DNA of 64,000 nucleotides from a virus, in IMG/VR virus record IMGVR_UViG_3300032046_000016, positions 16,905 to 80,904 of that record; one strand, written 5' to 3'. The position numbers were made by a program, and so were the translations under genes. Below, piece after piece: positions 16,535 to 26,356 of the stretch (its first letter is position 1; each line of letters begins with the position of its first letter). The notes under the pieces are model-generated. The model saw only the letters and a program-made list of their open reading frames with translations, ran no database searches and was not told the DNA's origin.

Positions 16535-17268
16535 GCCGCCCCCTTCAGCGGCGCGTAGACCTCCAGCAGCTCGTTCAGACGCTCGTTGATGTCCACGCCA
16601 GCGCGCTCGCACTCCTCGGCGATGCGCGTGAGGTTCTTCATCGTACGCTCGCTCGCCCTCACCATCAAGTGCGTCCGGCCAGCGTACTTGAACACGATGA
16701 AGCCCCAGTGCAACTGCTGGCCGTGCTCGGCCGTGATCTGCTTCAGCACCGACGCCAGGTCCTCGACGGTGGTGATTTCCCTCTTCGTCGCATCGAGCCG
16801 CTTGCGGATCTCGGGCGCAAGCTTGGCGCGCACGTCCCGAAACAGGCGCTTGAATTCGCTGTCCTCAGTAACGGCCATCAGCCGCCGTGTGGCGTCGGGC
16901 CCGTACTTGTTCGACAGCTCGAGAAAGACCCTGGTGAAGCCGACTCCGCTCATGCGCCCCTTCAGCATGTTGTCGCGGACCGTCTCGAACTTCCGCTTGT
17001 CCTCGTCGTAGTCGGCGAAGACGATGCAGGGAAGCTCCGGCATCTCCAGGAGCTTGGCGGCGCGCCAGCGATGCTCGCCAGCGATGATCTGGTATCTCCC
17101 GTCCGGCGTCGGCGCCACGCGCAGGGGCATCGTGAAGCCGTCCGCCTTGATGCTCTCCACCAGGGCGGCGAACGCGGCGTCGCTCTCCACGTTCGGGTTC
17201 CACTCGACCGGGTCCAGGAGGTCGACGGCGATCCTCTGCGGCTCCCGGATAGGAGGCGGTTTAGCCAT
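16531..17268 (-). CDS. ParB/Srx-domain protein
   Basis: WNPN..LVESIKADGF..IIAGEHRWRAA. Confidence 0.88.
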   Translation of the reverse strand: MAKPPPIREPQRIAVDLLDPVEWNPNVESDAAFAALVESIKADGFTMPLRVAPTPDGRYQIIAGEHRWRAAKLLEMPELPCIVFADYDEDKRKFETVRDNMLKGRMSGVGFTRVFLELSNKYGPDATRRLMAVTEDSEFKRLFRDVRAKLAPEIRKRLDATKREITTVEDLASVLKQITAEHGQQLHWGFIVFKYAGRTHLMVRASERTMKNLTRIAEECERAGVDINERLNELLEVYAPLKGAA

Positions 17269-17455
17269 CGGCAGGCGGCTCCAGCAATTCGTTGCGCTTC
17301 GCCCGCGGATCGTAGCGTTCCAGGGCCTCATCCACCAGGCGCCGGAGCGCCTCCGTGCGGTTCGTTTCCCAATCGACGGCCAGGTAGTCGATCATCTTCA
17401 CCTGCCTGGTCGGGAGCCAGACATGAACGGCCTTGTCACCTTTACGCGGACTCAT
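17261..17455 (-). CDS. Ribbon-helix-helix DNA-binding protein
   Basis: VHVWLP..ID.LA...NRTEALRRLVDEAL. Confidence 0.7.
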   Translation of the reverse strand: MSPRKGDKAVHVWLPTRQVKMIDYLAVDWETNRTEALRRLVDEALERYDPRAKRNELLEPPADG

Positions 17456-18851
17456 GTTCAGCCTCCATGTAGGACGGCTCGGGCTGCAGGCAGTTGTCGA
17501 CGAAGCCCGCCGGCAGCATGTTCTGGGTGAGGCAGGCGAGCATCTGCCCGCGCGAATTGAGCCCTTGTCGGAGTAGATTCGGCCTCATGTGCACAAGTGC
17601 ACGGCCTAGGTCGCGGTATGAGCAGGGCGTCCCAACGCCGCGCAGGGCATTCTCCACCAGGTCCTCCGTCGCCTCGAGATCTCGGGCGGCGCGTTCGCGG
17701 GCCCGCTCTCTCCTATCGGCTACCCGGGCCTCCACGATGTCCAGGAGCGCGCCGATATTGGCGGTTCGATCGTAGCGCTCCCTAATCAGGGCCGGCACGT
17801 GGGCGATGCGCCGCTTCGCCTCATCGTAGTTCTCGGCCACCCATCGCAGCATAGCGGCGCACTCCACGTCGTTCCGGAAGTAGAAGGGGTAGTCGGGCAG
17901 GAACTCGCCCTCGTTCCCCGTCCAGCGGACGAGCACCACGAGCCCGGCGTAGAGCTGCTCGAAGCAGGCGGCCGGAAACAGCTTCAGCGACTGCCAGTAG
18001 ATGCTGGCGTGGCAGCGGCTCATGAGCGCCAGGGCGTCCTCCCAGGACAGGTTGGACATGGCGCGCACGACGCGCTGGGCGCCCATCCTCTTGACGACGT
18101 CGTGCAGCCGCTTCCCTGTGTCAACGTAGGTCACGTAGACATCGGCCTCCCGGCCGCCGGCGACGTACTGGACGTAGTGCCCAACGGCCTTCTCGCCGCC
18201 CTTCGTCGCCGTGAAGCGCCCGCCGAAGTAGAAGCTGAACCGGTCGAACTTCGGGCCCCGCAGTCGGTCCAGCAGGTCGCAGTCGGGACCGATGGGCAGC
18301 ACCGTGGTCCGCCGGTCGTAGTCGGCAATCAGGGGAGCTCCGCAGAGCGCCGCCACGACGTCCCGGGCCCGCTCCAGGGAGAAACGGCTCGGCATCACGT
18401 TCACGTTCAGGGCGTAGCCCAAGGCCCAGGTCGCCAGGTCATCCCGCGACAGCGGCGTGACCTCGTCCGAGTCGAAGAACTTGGCGCTCACGTTCCAGAT
18501 GACGACAGGCACCTCGTACATCGCCTTGTTCACGCCCTCCAGGAAGCGGCTCAGCACCAGGCCCTGGACGGGATTGTTCGTCAGCACGGCGTCGATGGGA
18601 TAGGCGAGCGGCTCGCGCCAGCGCTCCCACACCGAGGTCGGTATCAGCGCCTCGGCCTGCCGGCCGATCTTTGGCGTAGGCAGAAGGCGCTCGACGCGGT
18701 CGGTCAGGCCGTCAGCGGTGGCGCTGGGAGTGACGTAGTAGGAGAACCAGCCGCGCTCAGCGGCCAGGCGGACCCAGTCCCGGCTCAGGAGCCAGGAGCT
18801 GTCGGCGCCGAAGTGGCCGGCCTCGTAGACCGGGCAGACCAGGAGCCTCAT
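17442..18851 (-). CDS. Glycosyltransferase (GT-B fold, divergent)
   Basis: PSRF, FYFGGRFTATKG, FPAACFEQLYAGLVVL. Confidence 0.72.
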   Translation of the reverse strand: MRLLVCPVYEAGHFGADSSWLLSRDWVRLAAERGWFSYYVTPSATADGLTDRVERLLPTPKIGRQAEALIPTSVWERWREPLAYPIDAVLTNNPVQGLVLSRFLEGVNKAMYEVPVVIWNVSAKFFDSDEVTPLSRDDLATWALGYALNVNVMPSRFSLERARDVVAALCGAPLIADYDRRTTVLPIGPDCDLLDRLRGPKFDRFSFYFGGRFTATKGGEKAVGHYVQYVAGGREADVYVTYVDTGKRLHDVVKRMGAQRVVRAMSNLSWEDALALMSRCHASIYWQSLKLFPAACFEQLYAGLVVLVRWTGNEGEFLPDYPFYFRNDVECAAMLRWVAENYDEAKRRIAHVPALIRERYDRTANIGALLDIVEARVADRRERARERAARDLEATEDLVENALRGVGTPCSYRDLGRALVHMRPNLLRQGLNSRGQMLACLTQNMLPAGFVDNCLQPEPSYMEAEHESA

Positions 18852-19819
18852 ACCAGGATTTCACCCGCGGCGGCCCTATCGACGTCAGCGGCGAGCATCA
18901 TCTCAATGAGCTCGTCGAAAGAGGTACGCGGCCGCCAGCCAAGCTCCTCGAAGGCGCGCGTGGGGTCGGCGATCAGATTGGCGGTCTCCAGAGGGCGCTC
19001 CCGGGCCTCGTCGTGCTTGACTACCTTCTCGGGGTCGAGGCCCGCCAGGCTGCAGGCCAGCGATACCAGCTCGCCGACCGTTCGACCGACGCCGGTCCCG
19101 ATCACCAGGTCCGCCGGCGTGGGCTGCTGGAGCATCAGGTGCACCGCCTCCATGTAGTCGGCGGCGTACCCCCAATCCCGGACGGCCGTCAGCCGGCCGA
19201 TGGGCAGGTAGTCGCGGCGGCCGGCCTTAATCTCGGCCAGCCCCTTCGTCACGTGCCTGGTGACGAACTCCGCACCCCGCCAGGGCGACTCGTGGTTAAA
19301 GAGGATGCCCGACACCACGTACATGCCATAGGACCGCCGATAGACGTCGCACATCTGGTGGGCGAACACCTTCGCGCAGGCGTAGGGGCTCACCGGATGG
19401 AAGGGCGTCGTTTCGCTCTGAGGCGGTGGTGAGTGGCCGAACATCTCAGACGAGCAGGCCTGGTAGACGCGGACCTTGCTCGCCCCCGACTGCCTCACCG
19501 CTTCCAGCACCCTGACGGGCCCGAGACCGGTCAGCAGCGCCGTCAGCTCGACGTGATCCCAGGAAGCCGGCACGAAGGTCAACGCGGCCAGATTGTAGAT
19601 CTCGTCGGGCCCGACCTTCTCAAGGGCGGCGCAGATCGACCACGGGTCGAGTAGGTCGGCGGCCACGAGCTTCATGCCCGGCGCCCGCTGCCGCGCCAGG
19701 GGCTCCCCGTAGCGATCATGGCTGGCCAGCGTACCGAACACCTCGTAGCCCATCTTCTCCAGGTGAACGGCGAGGTACGGCCCGTCCTGGCCGGTGATCC
19801 CCGTGATCAGCGCGCGCAC
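18848..19819 (-). CDS. gmd: GDP-mannose 4,6-dehydratase
   Basis: ALITGITGQDG, EIYNLAA, SSEMFG, SPYACAK, ILFNHES, RDWG. Confidence 0.95.
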   Translation of the reverse strand: MRALITGITGQDGPYLAVHLEKMGYEVFGTLASHDRYGEPLARQRAPGMKLVAADLLDPWSICAALEKVGPDEIYNLAALTFVPASWDHVELTALLTGLGPVRVLEAVRQSGASKVRVYQACSSEMFGHSPPPQSETTPFHPVSPYACAKVFAHQMCDVYRRSYGMYVVSGILFNHESPWRGAEFVTRHVTKGLAEIKAGRRDYLPIGRLTAVRDWGYAADYMEAVHLMLQQPTPADLVIGTGVGRTVGELVSLACSLAGLDPEKVVKHDEARERPLETANLIADPTRAFEELGWRPRTSFDELIEMMLAADVDRAAAGEILV

Positions 19820-20952
19820 ATTACCCTCTCAAGAGCGTCGGCTACTCTCATCACGTCCCGAGCGGATACGTTCGGGCCGATTGGCAGGCAGATGCCCGTC
19901 TTCCAGATGGAGCTCGCGCAGGGCATAGCGTGCACAACGCCGGCGCCGTGGTCCTTATGGAAGGGGAGGAGGTGCATCGGCGTGAAGGCGGCGATGGTCT
20001 CGATGCCGCGCTCGCTGAGGGCGACCGCGACGTCAGCAGGCTGATGGGCAGACTTCAGCGAGACGCAGAGTCGGTAGTAGACGTGACCACGAACGTCGAC
20101 CGGCACGGCGATAGGTAGGTCGCGGAGCGCGGACCTGTAGACCTCGGCTATCCGTTGCCGGTGTGCCACCAGCGACTGCACCCTGCCGATCTGCGGGATG
20201 CCGAAGGCGGCCTGGAGGTTCGACATCTGGCATCCGAAGCCAAGGCCGGCGGCGTCGTAACGGGCCCACTCCCCGACGTGGAGAAACAGATCCCGGCGGG
20301 ATCGGACCGCGATCGCCAGCTCCTCGTCGTCCGTTATGACTGCGCCGCCGGCTCCCCCCGTCGTGATGATCTTGTCGCCACGGAAGCTGAAACAACCGGC
20401 GAGGCCGCTATGCCCGACGAGCCTGCCATCCTCGTACCAGGCGCCGGCCGCCTCGCAAGCGTCCTCGATGATAGGCACCCCGACCTCCTCGCACACCTGA
20501 AAGACGTCGGGATGCACGGGCGCGCCGTAGACGTGAACGGGCACCACGGCCAGGACGTTCGCCGGCCCCAGCTCGGCCAGCAGCTCGGACAGCCGATCGG
20601 GAGCCATCCCAAGGCGCTCAGGCTCGGCGTCTACCACCGCCACCTTGCAGCCGGCATGAACCGCCGCGGCGTAGGTCGGGGCGCAGGTGTAGGTTGCCGT
20701 CACGACGATGGAGCCGGATCTGCGCTCGCGCAGAGCATCCAGGACGGTCAGCAGGGCGGCAGTGCCCGAGCTGACAGCCACGCAGTGCTGGGCGTGGAGG
20801 AAGGCTGACCACATGCGCTCGAAGACCTGCACGTAGTCGCCTGGGGAGAGCCACCCGCTATCGAGGCAGGAGAGAACGCTGGACCGCTCGGGTTCGCCGA
20901 ACTCGGGCGATGTCAGGGCAAGCGGCGGGGACGGCATTGCCATTTGCGCCAA
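19807..20952 (-). CDS. DegT/DnrJ/EryC1/StrS aminotransferase (perosamine synthase-like)
   Basis: SSGTAAL, VHVYG, IIEDACEA, FSFRGDKIITTGG. Confidence 0.9.
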   Translation of the reverse strand: MAQMAMPSPPLALTSPEFGEPERSSVLSCLDSGWLSPGDYVQVFERMWSAFLHAQHCVAVSSGTAALLTVLDALRERRSGSIVVTATYTCAPTYAAAVHAGCKVAVVDAEPERLGMAPDRLSELLAELGPANVLAVVPVHVYGAPVHPDVFQVCEEVGVPIIEDACEAAGAWYEDGRLVGHSGLAGCFSFRGDKIITTGGAGGAVITDDEELAIAVRSRRDLFLHVGEWARYDAAGLGFGCQMSNLQAAFGIPQIGRVQSLVAHRQRIAEVYRSALRDLPIAVPVDVRGHVYYRLCVSLKSAHQPADVAVALSERGIETIAAFTPMHLLPFHKDHGAGVVHAMPCASSIWKTGICLPIGPNVSARDVMRVADALERVMCAR

Positions 20953-20985
20953 TGATACTCGAAGGGTCGGGGGCTGAAAAGAGGG

Positions 20986-21738
20986 CTACGGCACTCGCTG
21001 GAACAGAACGGCGGCATACCGCCAGCGGTGCGCTCGCACCAGGCGGGCCAGCACGATGTCGAGGGGCAGAGTGATCGCGAAAGCGAGCGGCGCCAGCAGG
21101 TGGCGGAACAAGGCCCGGTCCAGGACGTTGACGCCCACGCCACGCTCGACCATGAAGCCGTTACTAGCGAACTCGCACACCAGGGGCGCCAGCTCCACAG
21201 GTTCCTTATACGGCAGGCCCCGTTGCCAGGGCGGTGACGGCGTCTGCAGATTGTCCAGGACGAGGACGCGGTCGGCCAGGCGGCACATCTCGCTCACGAC
21301 CAGGCGCCAATCGTTCGAGAACGGCAGGCTGGTTATCGCCACGGCCAAGTGCGGCCGCACTTCCCGCAGCCAGGGAATCTCGCTCATAGTCTCGGCATCG
21401 GCGACGGCGAAGTGGCCGAACGGACCGATCTCTCGCTGGTCTCTAACGTCGCGCAGGTGCTTTCTGAGCTGCGACATGCGGTGCGCCGCTCCTGGCCAGT
21501 CTACGGCGTCTATCCCCCACACCTCGCAGTGGAAGCGCCGCGCCATCCACGCGCTCAGTTTGGCGTCGCCGCACCCAACGTCAAGCACGCGCGGCAGGCC
21601 GGGCAAGCGGGGAAAGATGCGCACCAACGCTGCCTTGCGCACCAGGTCGGCGTAGGCGTCCAGCCAGCGATCACGATAGTGACACGGCGACGAATCACCT
21701 TGCCGGCGGGACCAGAAGGCTCTATCCCGGAGCGGCAT
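20986..21738 (-). CDS. Class I SAM-dependent methyltransferase
   Basis: VLDVGCGDA..WGID. Confidence 0.8.
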   Translation of the reverse strand: MPLRDRAFWSRRQGDSSPCHYRDRWLDAYADLVRKAALVRIFPRLPGLPRVLDVGCGDAKLSAWMARRFHCEVWGIDAVDWPGAAHRMSQLRKHLRDVRDQREIGPFGHFAVADAETMSEIPWLREVRPHLAVAITSLPFSNDWRLVVSEMCRLADRVLVLDNLQTPSPPWQRGLPYKEPVELAPLVCEFASNGFMVERGVGVNVLDRALFRHLLAPLAFAITLPLDIVLARLVRAHRWRYAAVLFQRVP

Positions 21739-22096
21739 GGCCACCTTCTCGGAACACCACGTCAAACGCCCGCTGCAGGTCGAGGCAGCGCCCTTCCCGG
21801 TGAAAGCGCGCCTTGCCGAGTTTCTCGGCGGCCATCACCGCCGCCATGCGACCCTGTTCCTCGCTAAACGGCTCTGCCCCCGACGACATGACGTGCTGAT
21901 CCCCGCATGGGCAACTGAGGCGATACAAGACCACCGGCATCGCACCCGGGTCGTCGGGGTGCGCCATCTCCAGATGTCTCTCCGCTCGTCTGAACCACTC
22001 AAACCGTCGCTCCTCGACTTTGGCGCCCAGGGCGATGGCTGCCCGCTCGAAGGCCAGGCAGTAGGCGTCGATCTCGTCCAGGTCGCGCGCCGGCAT
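21722..22096 (-). CDS. Hypothetical protein
   Basis: ORF in operon, CPCG motif. Confidence 0.45.
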   Translation of the reverse strand: MPARDLDEIDAYCLAFERAAIALGAKVEERRFEWFRRAERHLEMAHPDDPGAMPVVLYRLSCPCGDQHVMSSGAEPFSEEQGRMAAVMAAEKLGKARFHREGRCLDLQRAFDVVFREGGHAAPG

Positions 22097-22098
22097 CG

Positions 22099-22482
22099 TC
22101 AGCACCTGAGGGGGATCACAAGCCGCTCGGACCAAAGCGGCAACGGCGAGTCGGGGAAGGCGTCGCGGCCCTCGCCACACCACTCGAAGATGTAGAAGGA
22201 TGCGGGAGCGTACCCGCGCGGCATTGCCAGGCCGCCCCAATAGCTGTGCCCGGGCACCTTGATCGCCAGGAAGCGCCCTCCCTTCGCCACGACCCGGAAG
22301 CGGTTCTTTCCGCTGATCGTGGACATGCCGGTGTCGAGCCAGAGCTGCTCGTCCTCTTCGACCAGTCGTGCTCCGATGATCATGTGCGAACCCCTAACAA
22401 ATGCGCTCTGTAGCCCCTGGAGCGCCTCGTAGCGCCTTCTAAGCAGAACGGCAGGGTGGGTGGTTTGGGGGTTGCTCCTCAT
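22099..22482 (-). CDS. Hypothetical protein
   Basis: ORF in operon. Confidence 0.5.
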   Translation of the reverse strand: MRSNPQTTHPAVLLRRRYEALQGLQSAFVRGSHMIIGARLVEEDEQLWLDTGMSTISGKNRFRVVAKGGRFLAIKVPGHSYWGGLAMPRGYAPASFYIFEWCGEGRDAFPDSPLPLWSERLVIPLRC

Positions 22483-22713
22483 GCCTCGCTAGGTCGGTAT
22501 CTTGTGGCGCTGGCCCGTAGAGGCCAGGGCAGCGCGCCGAAGGCCCTCGTCGTAGTCACCGTGGCGACCAGGATAACGCCGGCACTTGGCCTCGCCTACC
22601 GCCGCCAGCATCATGCCCAGGACCGCCGGATGCCACGTCTCCATCTCAGACGCTACTGCGCCTATATCCATCCGGTTAAGGTGCTCGTGGGCTTCCTAAA
22701 GGTCATGACCATT

Positions 22714-22935
22714 CTACAACTCCGACCACCAGGGCGGTGGCCAACTCGTGCCGGCCAGGGCGTAGTCTAACCTCTCAGACGCCCTCTCTGTTCGGCGACG
22801 CGAGGCGCCGGCGCACTCATGCTCGGCTGCGCAGCCGTCGCAGAGAACGTCGCCGCAGACCGGGCAGGTGGCCGCGTTATCAGACATCATGGTGCGCTGG
22901 CAGCTCTGGCAGGTCTCCGTCTGTGGCTCCGTCAT
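22714..22935 (-). CDS. Small Zn-finger protein
   Basis: CQSC..CPVC..CDGC..HEC. Confidence 0.55.
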   Translation of the reverse strand: MTEPQTETCQSCQRTMMSDNAATCPVCGDVLCDGCAAEHECAGASRRRTERASERLDYALAGTSWPPPWWSEL

Positions 22936-23525
22936 ATCGCCTTCAGCCGCGAGGGAGAGCCCTCGTAGCGGTTCGGGCCTCCCCTGTTCTCCAGGTGGGC
23001 CCCGTCTTCAAACCAGTTGGCAAGGTCGCGGCCCATCGCGCGGCCGCGGTTCGTGTGCATGTCGAGGGCGTAGTCGGGAACCTCAGGGTGCCAGCCCTCG
23101 TTCTTCCGCCCCTCGACGTGCAGCTTGAAGTCGTCGACCTCGCGGTTCTTAGTCGCGCGCGCCAGGTACAGGACCGCGAACGCCAGCAGGTCGCCCTCGA
23201 CCACGGGCGACTGCTGGAACTTCTTGATCTGCAGGAACGTGGCCCACAGGCTGCCGACCAGGACGGCGGCGTGAGGGTCGGCCATGCCCACGTCCTCGCA
23301 AGCGATGATGCCCAGCCGCTTCCACACGTAGTTGAAGTAGCCGGACTCCATCATCTCCTGCGCCCAGAAGAGCGCCTCTTCCTCATGGCCGCGCCGGATC
23401 TCCTTCTGGAGCGTCGACACGACCTCGTCGAGCTGATAACCCCGCTTCGTCAGGACCGGCCGCGGATTCGGCGGCATCCCTGGAAGTGGGGCCTGGTCAG
23501 TTGGTCTCGCCATCTCTGCCTCCAA
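22932..23525 (-). CDS. Stand-alone MgsA/RarA C-terminal-like domain protein
   Basis: STLQKEIRRG..ALFW..RL.IIACEDVGMAD..YLARATK..VPDYALDMHT; no Walker A. Confidence 0.8.
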   Translation of the reverse strand: MEAEMARPTDQAPLPGMPPNPRPVLTKRGYQLDEVVSTLQKEIRRGHEEEALFWAQEMMESGYFNYVWKRLGIIACEDVGMADPHAAVLVGSLWATFLQIKKFQQSPVVEGDLLAFAVLYLARATKNREVDDFKLHVEGRKNEGWHPEVPDYALDMHTNRGRAMGRDLANWFEDGAHLENRGGPNRYEGSPSRLKAI

Positions 23526-24369
23526 TCGTCTGCATCCGGGTGCGTCTCTTCTTCAGGTCTCGCCGCAGGGCGGCGAAGCCGCGGATCACATACCCTATCT
23601 TCTCGTCAGCCACGTCCAGCTCGTGGGCCAGCGCCTCACCAAGGACGCCCTCACCGGCGGCCTGTGCCTTGTCGAGGGCGGTCACGGCTCGATCGAGCGC
23701 GGCCCGCCAGGCAGCGGCGGCCTTGATCGCCTCCGGCGTGAGCTTGGTCTCGGGAAACATCTGGCCCTGCGTCTCCTCGGCATAGATCACGCCAGCCATG
23801 GCCGCGACCTGGTCGGTGTCCATGGCGGTGGTGGCGAGCTGGCGCGCCGCCCGTAGCTGGCCGTTCAGAGACAACTTCGCCAGATACCAGCCGGCCGTGG
23901 GCGCGAGCTGGCCTCTGGCAATCAGGTGCTGGAGCTCCGGGCGCAGTTGCAGCAGCTCGATGCGCCACGTGACCTGGCTCGGCGGGAGGCCGGCTATGAT
24001 GCCGATATCGCTGGTCGAGAAGCCGCGCTCCTGGAGTGCTGCCAGCGCCTTGGCCTCTTCCATCGGGTTCAGATCCTCGCGGGCCGCGTTCTCGGCCACC
24101 GCCATCACCAGGGCACGGTCGTCATCCGTCTCTGCGACCACGGCCTCGAGGTCGGGCCACTGCAGTTTCTGAGCGGCCCGCCAACGGCGCTCGCCGGCGA
24201 CGATCTGATAGCCGCCGTTCACCGGTCTCACGACGATGGGCTGGAGCTGGCCGACCTCCCGCATATTCGCGGCCAGGTCCGCCAGGGCGCCCTCGTCGAA
24301 GGTCTGCCGAGGTTGCGAGCCGTTAGGTCGAAGCTGGTCAAGGGGGATGCGGACGATGAACCGTCCCAC
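23497..24369 (-). CDS. ParB/Spo0J family protein
   Basis: QPRQTF, GQLQPIVVR, IVAGERRWRAA, ENAAREDLNPMEEA, HTH. Confidence 0.93.
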   Translation of the reverse strand: MGRFIVRIPLDQLRPNGSQPRQTFDEGALADLAANMREVGQLQPIVVRPVNGGYQIVAGERRWRAAQKLQWPDLEAVVAETDDDRALVMAVAENAAREDLNPMEEAKALAALQERGFSTSDIGIIAGLPPSQVTWRIELLQLRPELQHLIARGQLAPTAGWYLAKLSLNGQLRAARQLATTAMDTDQVAAMAGVIYAEETQGQMFPETKLTPEAIKAAAAWRAALDRAVTALDKAQAAGEGVLGEALAHELDVADEKIGYVIRGFAALRRDLKKRRTRMQTIGGRDGETN

Positions 24370-24395
24370 GGTGCCCTCCTGTTGTCCGTGAGTAT

Positions 24396-24424
24396 AGTGT
24401 AGCACCCGACATCGCTGACGGCAA
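24396..24424 (-). promoter_or_regulatory. Sigma70-type promoter
   Basis: TTGCCG-17-TACACT, extended TG. Confidence 0.6.
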
Positions 24425-24432
24425 ATTACTCG

Positions 24433-26265
24433 TCAGCGAGTGCCTCGGCCAGCCATGTCCCGGCAAAGCGGGCACTTGGCTACGTGGGTCGTGTGGCTAG
24501 CCGTGTAGAAGTGCTCTAGGGCTTGCTGCACCTCGGCCAGAGTGGAGGCCTTGACCGGCCTGCCGTCTCCAGTCGAGATATGGTAGCTGATCCCATCATG
24601 ATCGACCCTGAACATGGCTCCCTTCTCCTATCTGCAGCGCCTCGAACGCTGCCACCGCCTCGGGCTTCAGGTACTCGCGGACGCACGGCCCGCAGATCGG
24701 CACCGTCCTACGTCCGGCGCGGAGGCCAGCGTAGGCGGCGCCACCGCAGATCGCACAGGGCGAAGGCGCCCGCAGAAGCTCAGCCTTCGGTTTCCCTGCC
24801 ATCAGCGCATCCTCTCGTCCCAGCAGCCGTCGCACACGGGCCGGTTGTCGCGGTCCCGGTGGAAGTCCTTGCCGGCAGCCATGCCGCAGATCGAGCAGGT
24901 CACCTGGTGCAGCTCACAGGGCTCCACGAAGGGGCGTCCGCCTATTCTCTCGACCACCTTGCACCCGCACATGGCCTCGGCCAGTACCCTCTCCCCGGGC
25001 TCCTTCTCGAAGAGGTCCACCGGCACGTCCCATATCTCCAGGCAAGTCTCGTTCGTGCAGGCGAGCCGGCCGGGCACTCCAGGCGGGCGAACCTCGTCGG
25101 GTGTGTCGTACAGGTAGTCGCCGAGCTCGCCGTCAATCACCGGAAAGGAGTGGTAGCGTAAGCACGGCTCCATGAACTCCAACGAAGTGCGGCCGCACTT
25201 CGGGCAACGCAGCCCTTCTAGCCACGGCTTCATCGTCACGCCTCCTCTCGCCGAATGGACCGCGCCACCTCGCGGGGAAACTTGAACGTCTTCCCATCCG
25301 CTACCCGCTCGGCCAGGATGGGATACGACGGCGCATTCGGATTGATCCCCGTCAACCGGAATCTCTCGCCCCGCCAGGTGAACTCGCGGCCCAGGTCGCC
25401 AGGGTATAAGCCGTATGCCGTCGCGTACCGACCGAAGTCGCGGGCCTCGCGGGTGGCGGCCATACCGTCTTCGTCAATTTCCGCGACCTCTACAGTGAAG
25501 CGAGCGAAGCCGGAGTCAGCGGAAGGGTCGAAGGTCCCGCCAGCTATCCGGGCCCTGACGTTGAACTCCCCCTCCAGCGGCGCCAGGAGCTCCTCGACCC
25601 GTTTCGAGATCGTCCGCGCCTTAGCCTTGTCCATCGTCCTCGCTTCTCCTTCTTAATCGTCCAGACGTCTGGACATTCCGGCTCACATCTCTTCCACCGG
25701 CAGCTCGGGATCTACTTGCCAGCTGCCTTCCACAACCTCGCTCTGGCCGGCACCAGGCAGGGCGGTGTCGGAACCGAGGGCGATGGTCTTCGCTTGCTCC
25801 GCGTCCTCGGCATCAACCTCCACAGTGCCCGACATCTGCCAGAGCAGAGGCACCCTAAACGTCGGCATCACGCACCCTCCTAACCGCCGCCGGCCGCTGC
25901 TGCTGCTGCCACGATCAGGACAATGAGCCCCGGCACCAACGCCGCGACGCCCACTCCCAGCATGAACCCGAACCCGATGATGAACGCCCGCCCCAGCGTC
26001 ACCTGGAGCTGTATCCCGCGTCTGCCCGCCCCCGTAATCTCCACTGTCCTGCCTCTTTCTCGCTACCGCAGCGGCCACTTCTGGGCAACAAGGACAACCC
26101 TCGCCTGCCCGGAATCGTTGCCGCTCCTCGTCGGTCATGTCGCCGTGCTCCACGCCGTAGGCGTCCCATGGCTCGCCGCAGCGATTGCACACCAGGTCGC
26201 CATCGAACCGGACCGGGCGACCCAGCTCCCGTGCTCTCTTCCCGGCTTCCACAAGCGTTGTCATT
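24433..26265 (-). other. Cluster of small hypothetical ORFs, several Cys-rich (24433-24615, 24596-24802, 24802-25239, 25236-25634, 25683-26265)
   Basis: Tightly packed ORFs with RBSs; no recognised family. Confidence 0.5.
25659..25674. repeat. 16-bp palindrome GTCCAGACGTCTGGAC, copy 2
   Basis: Intergenic perfect palindrome. Confidence 0.8.
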
Positions 26266-26356
26266 GCTCGGCCTTCTGCCTCGGGGGCGGAACGTCCTGG
26301 TGGCATGGGGCAATTTCCGTTCCCGCCCCCAGGCGCAGCGGGCCGAGCGACCCGCC

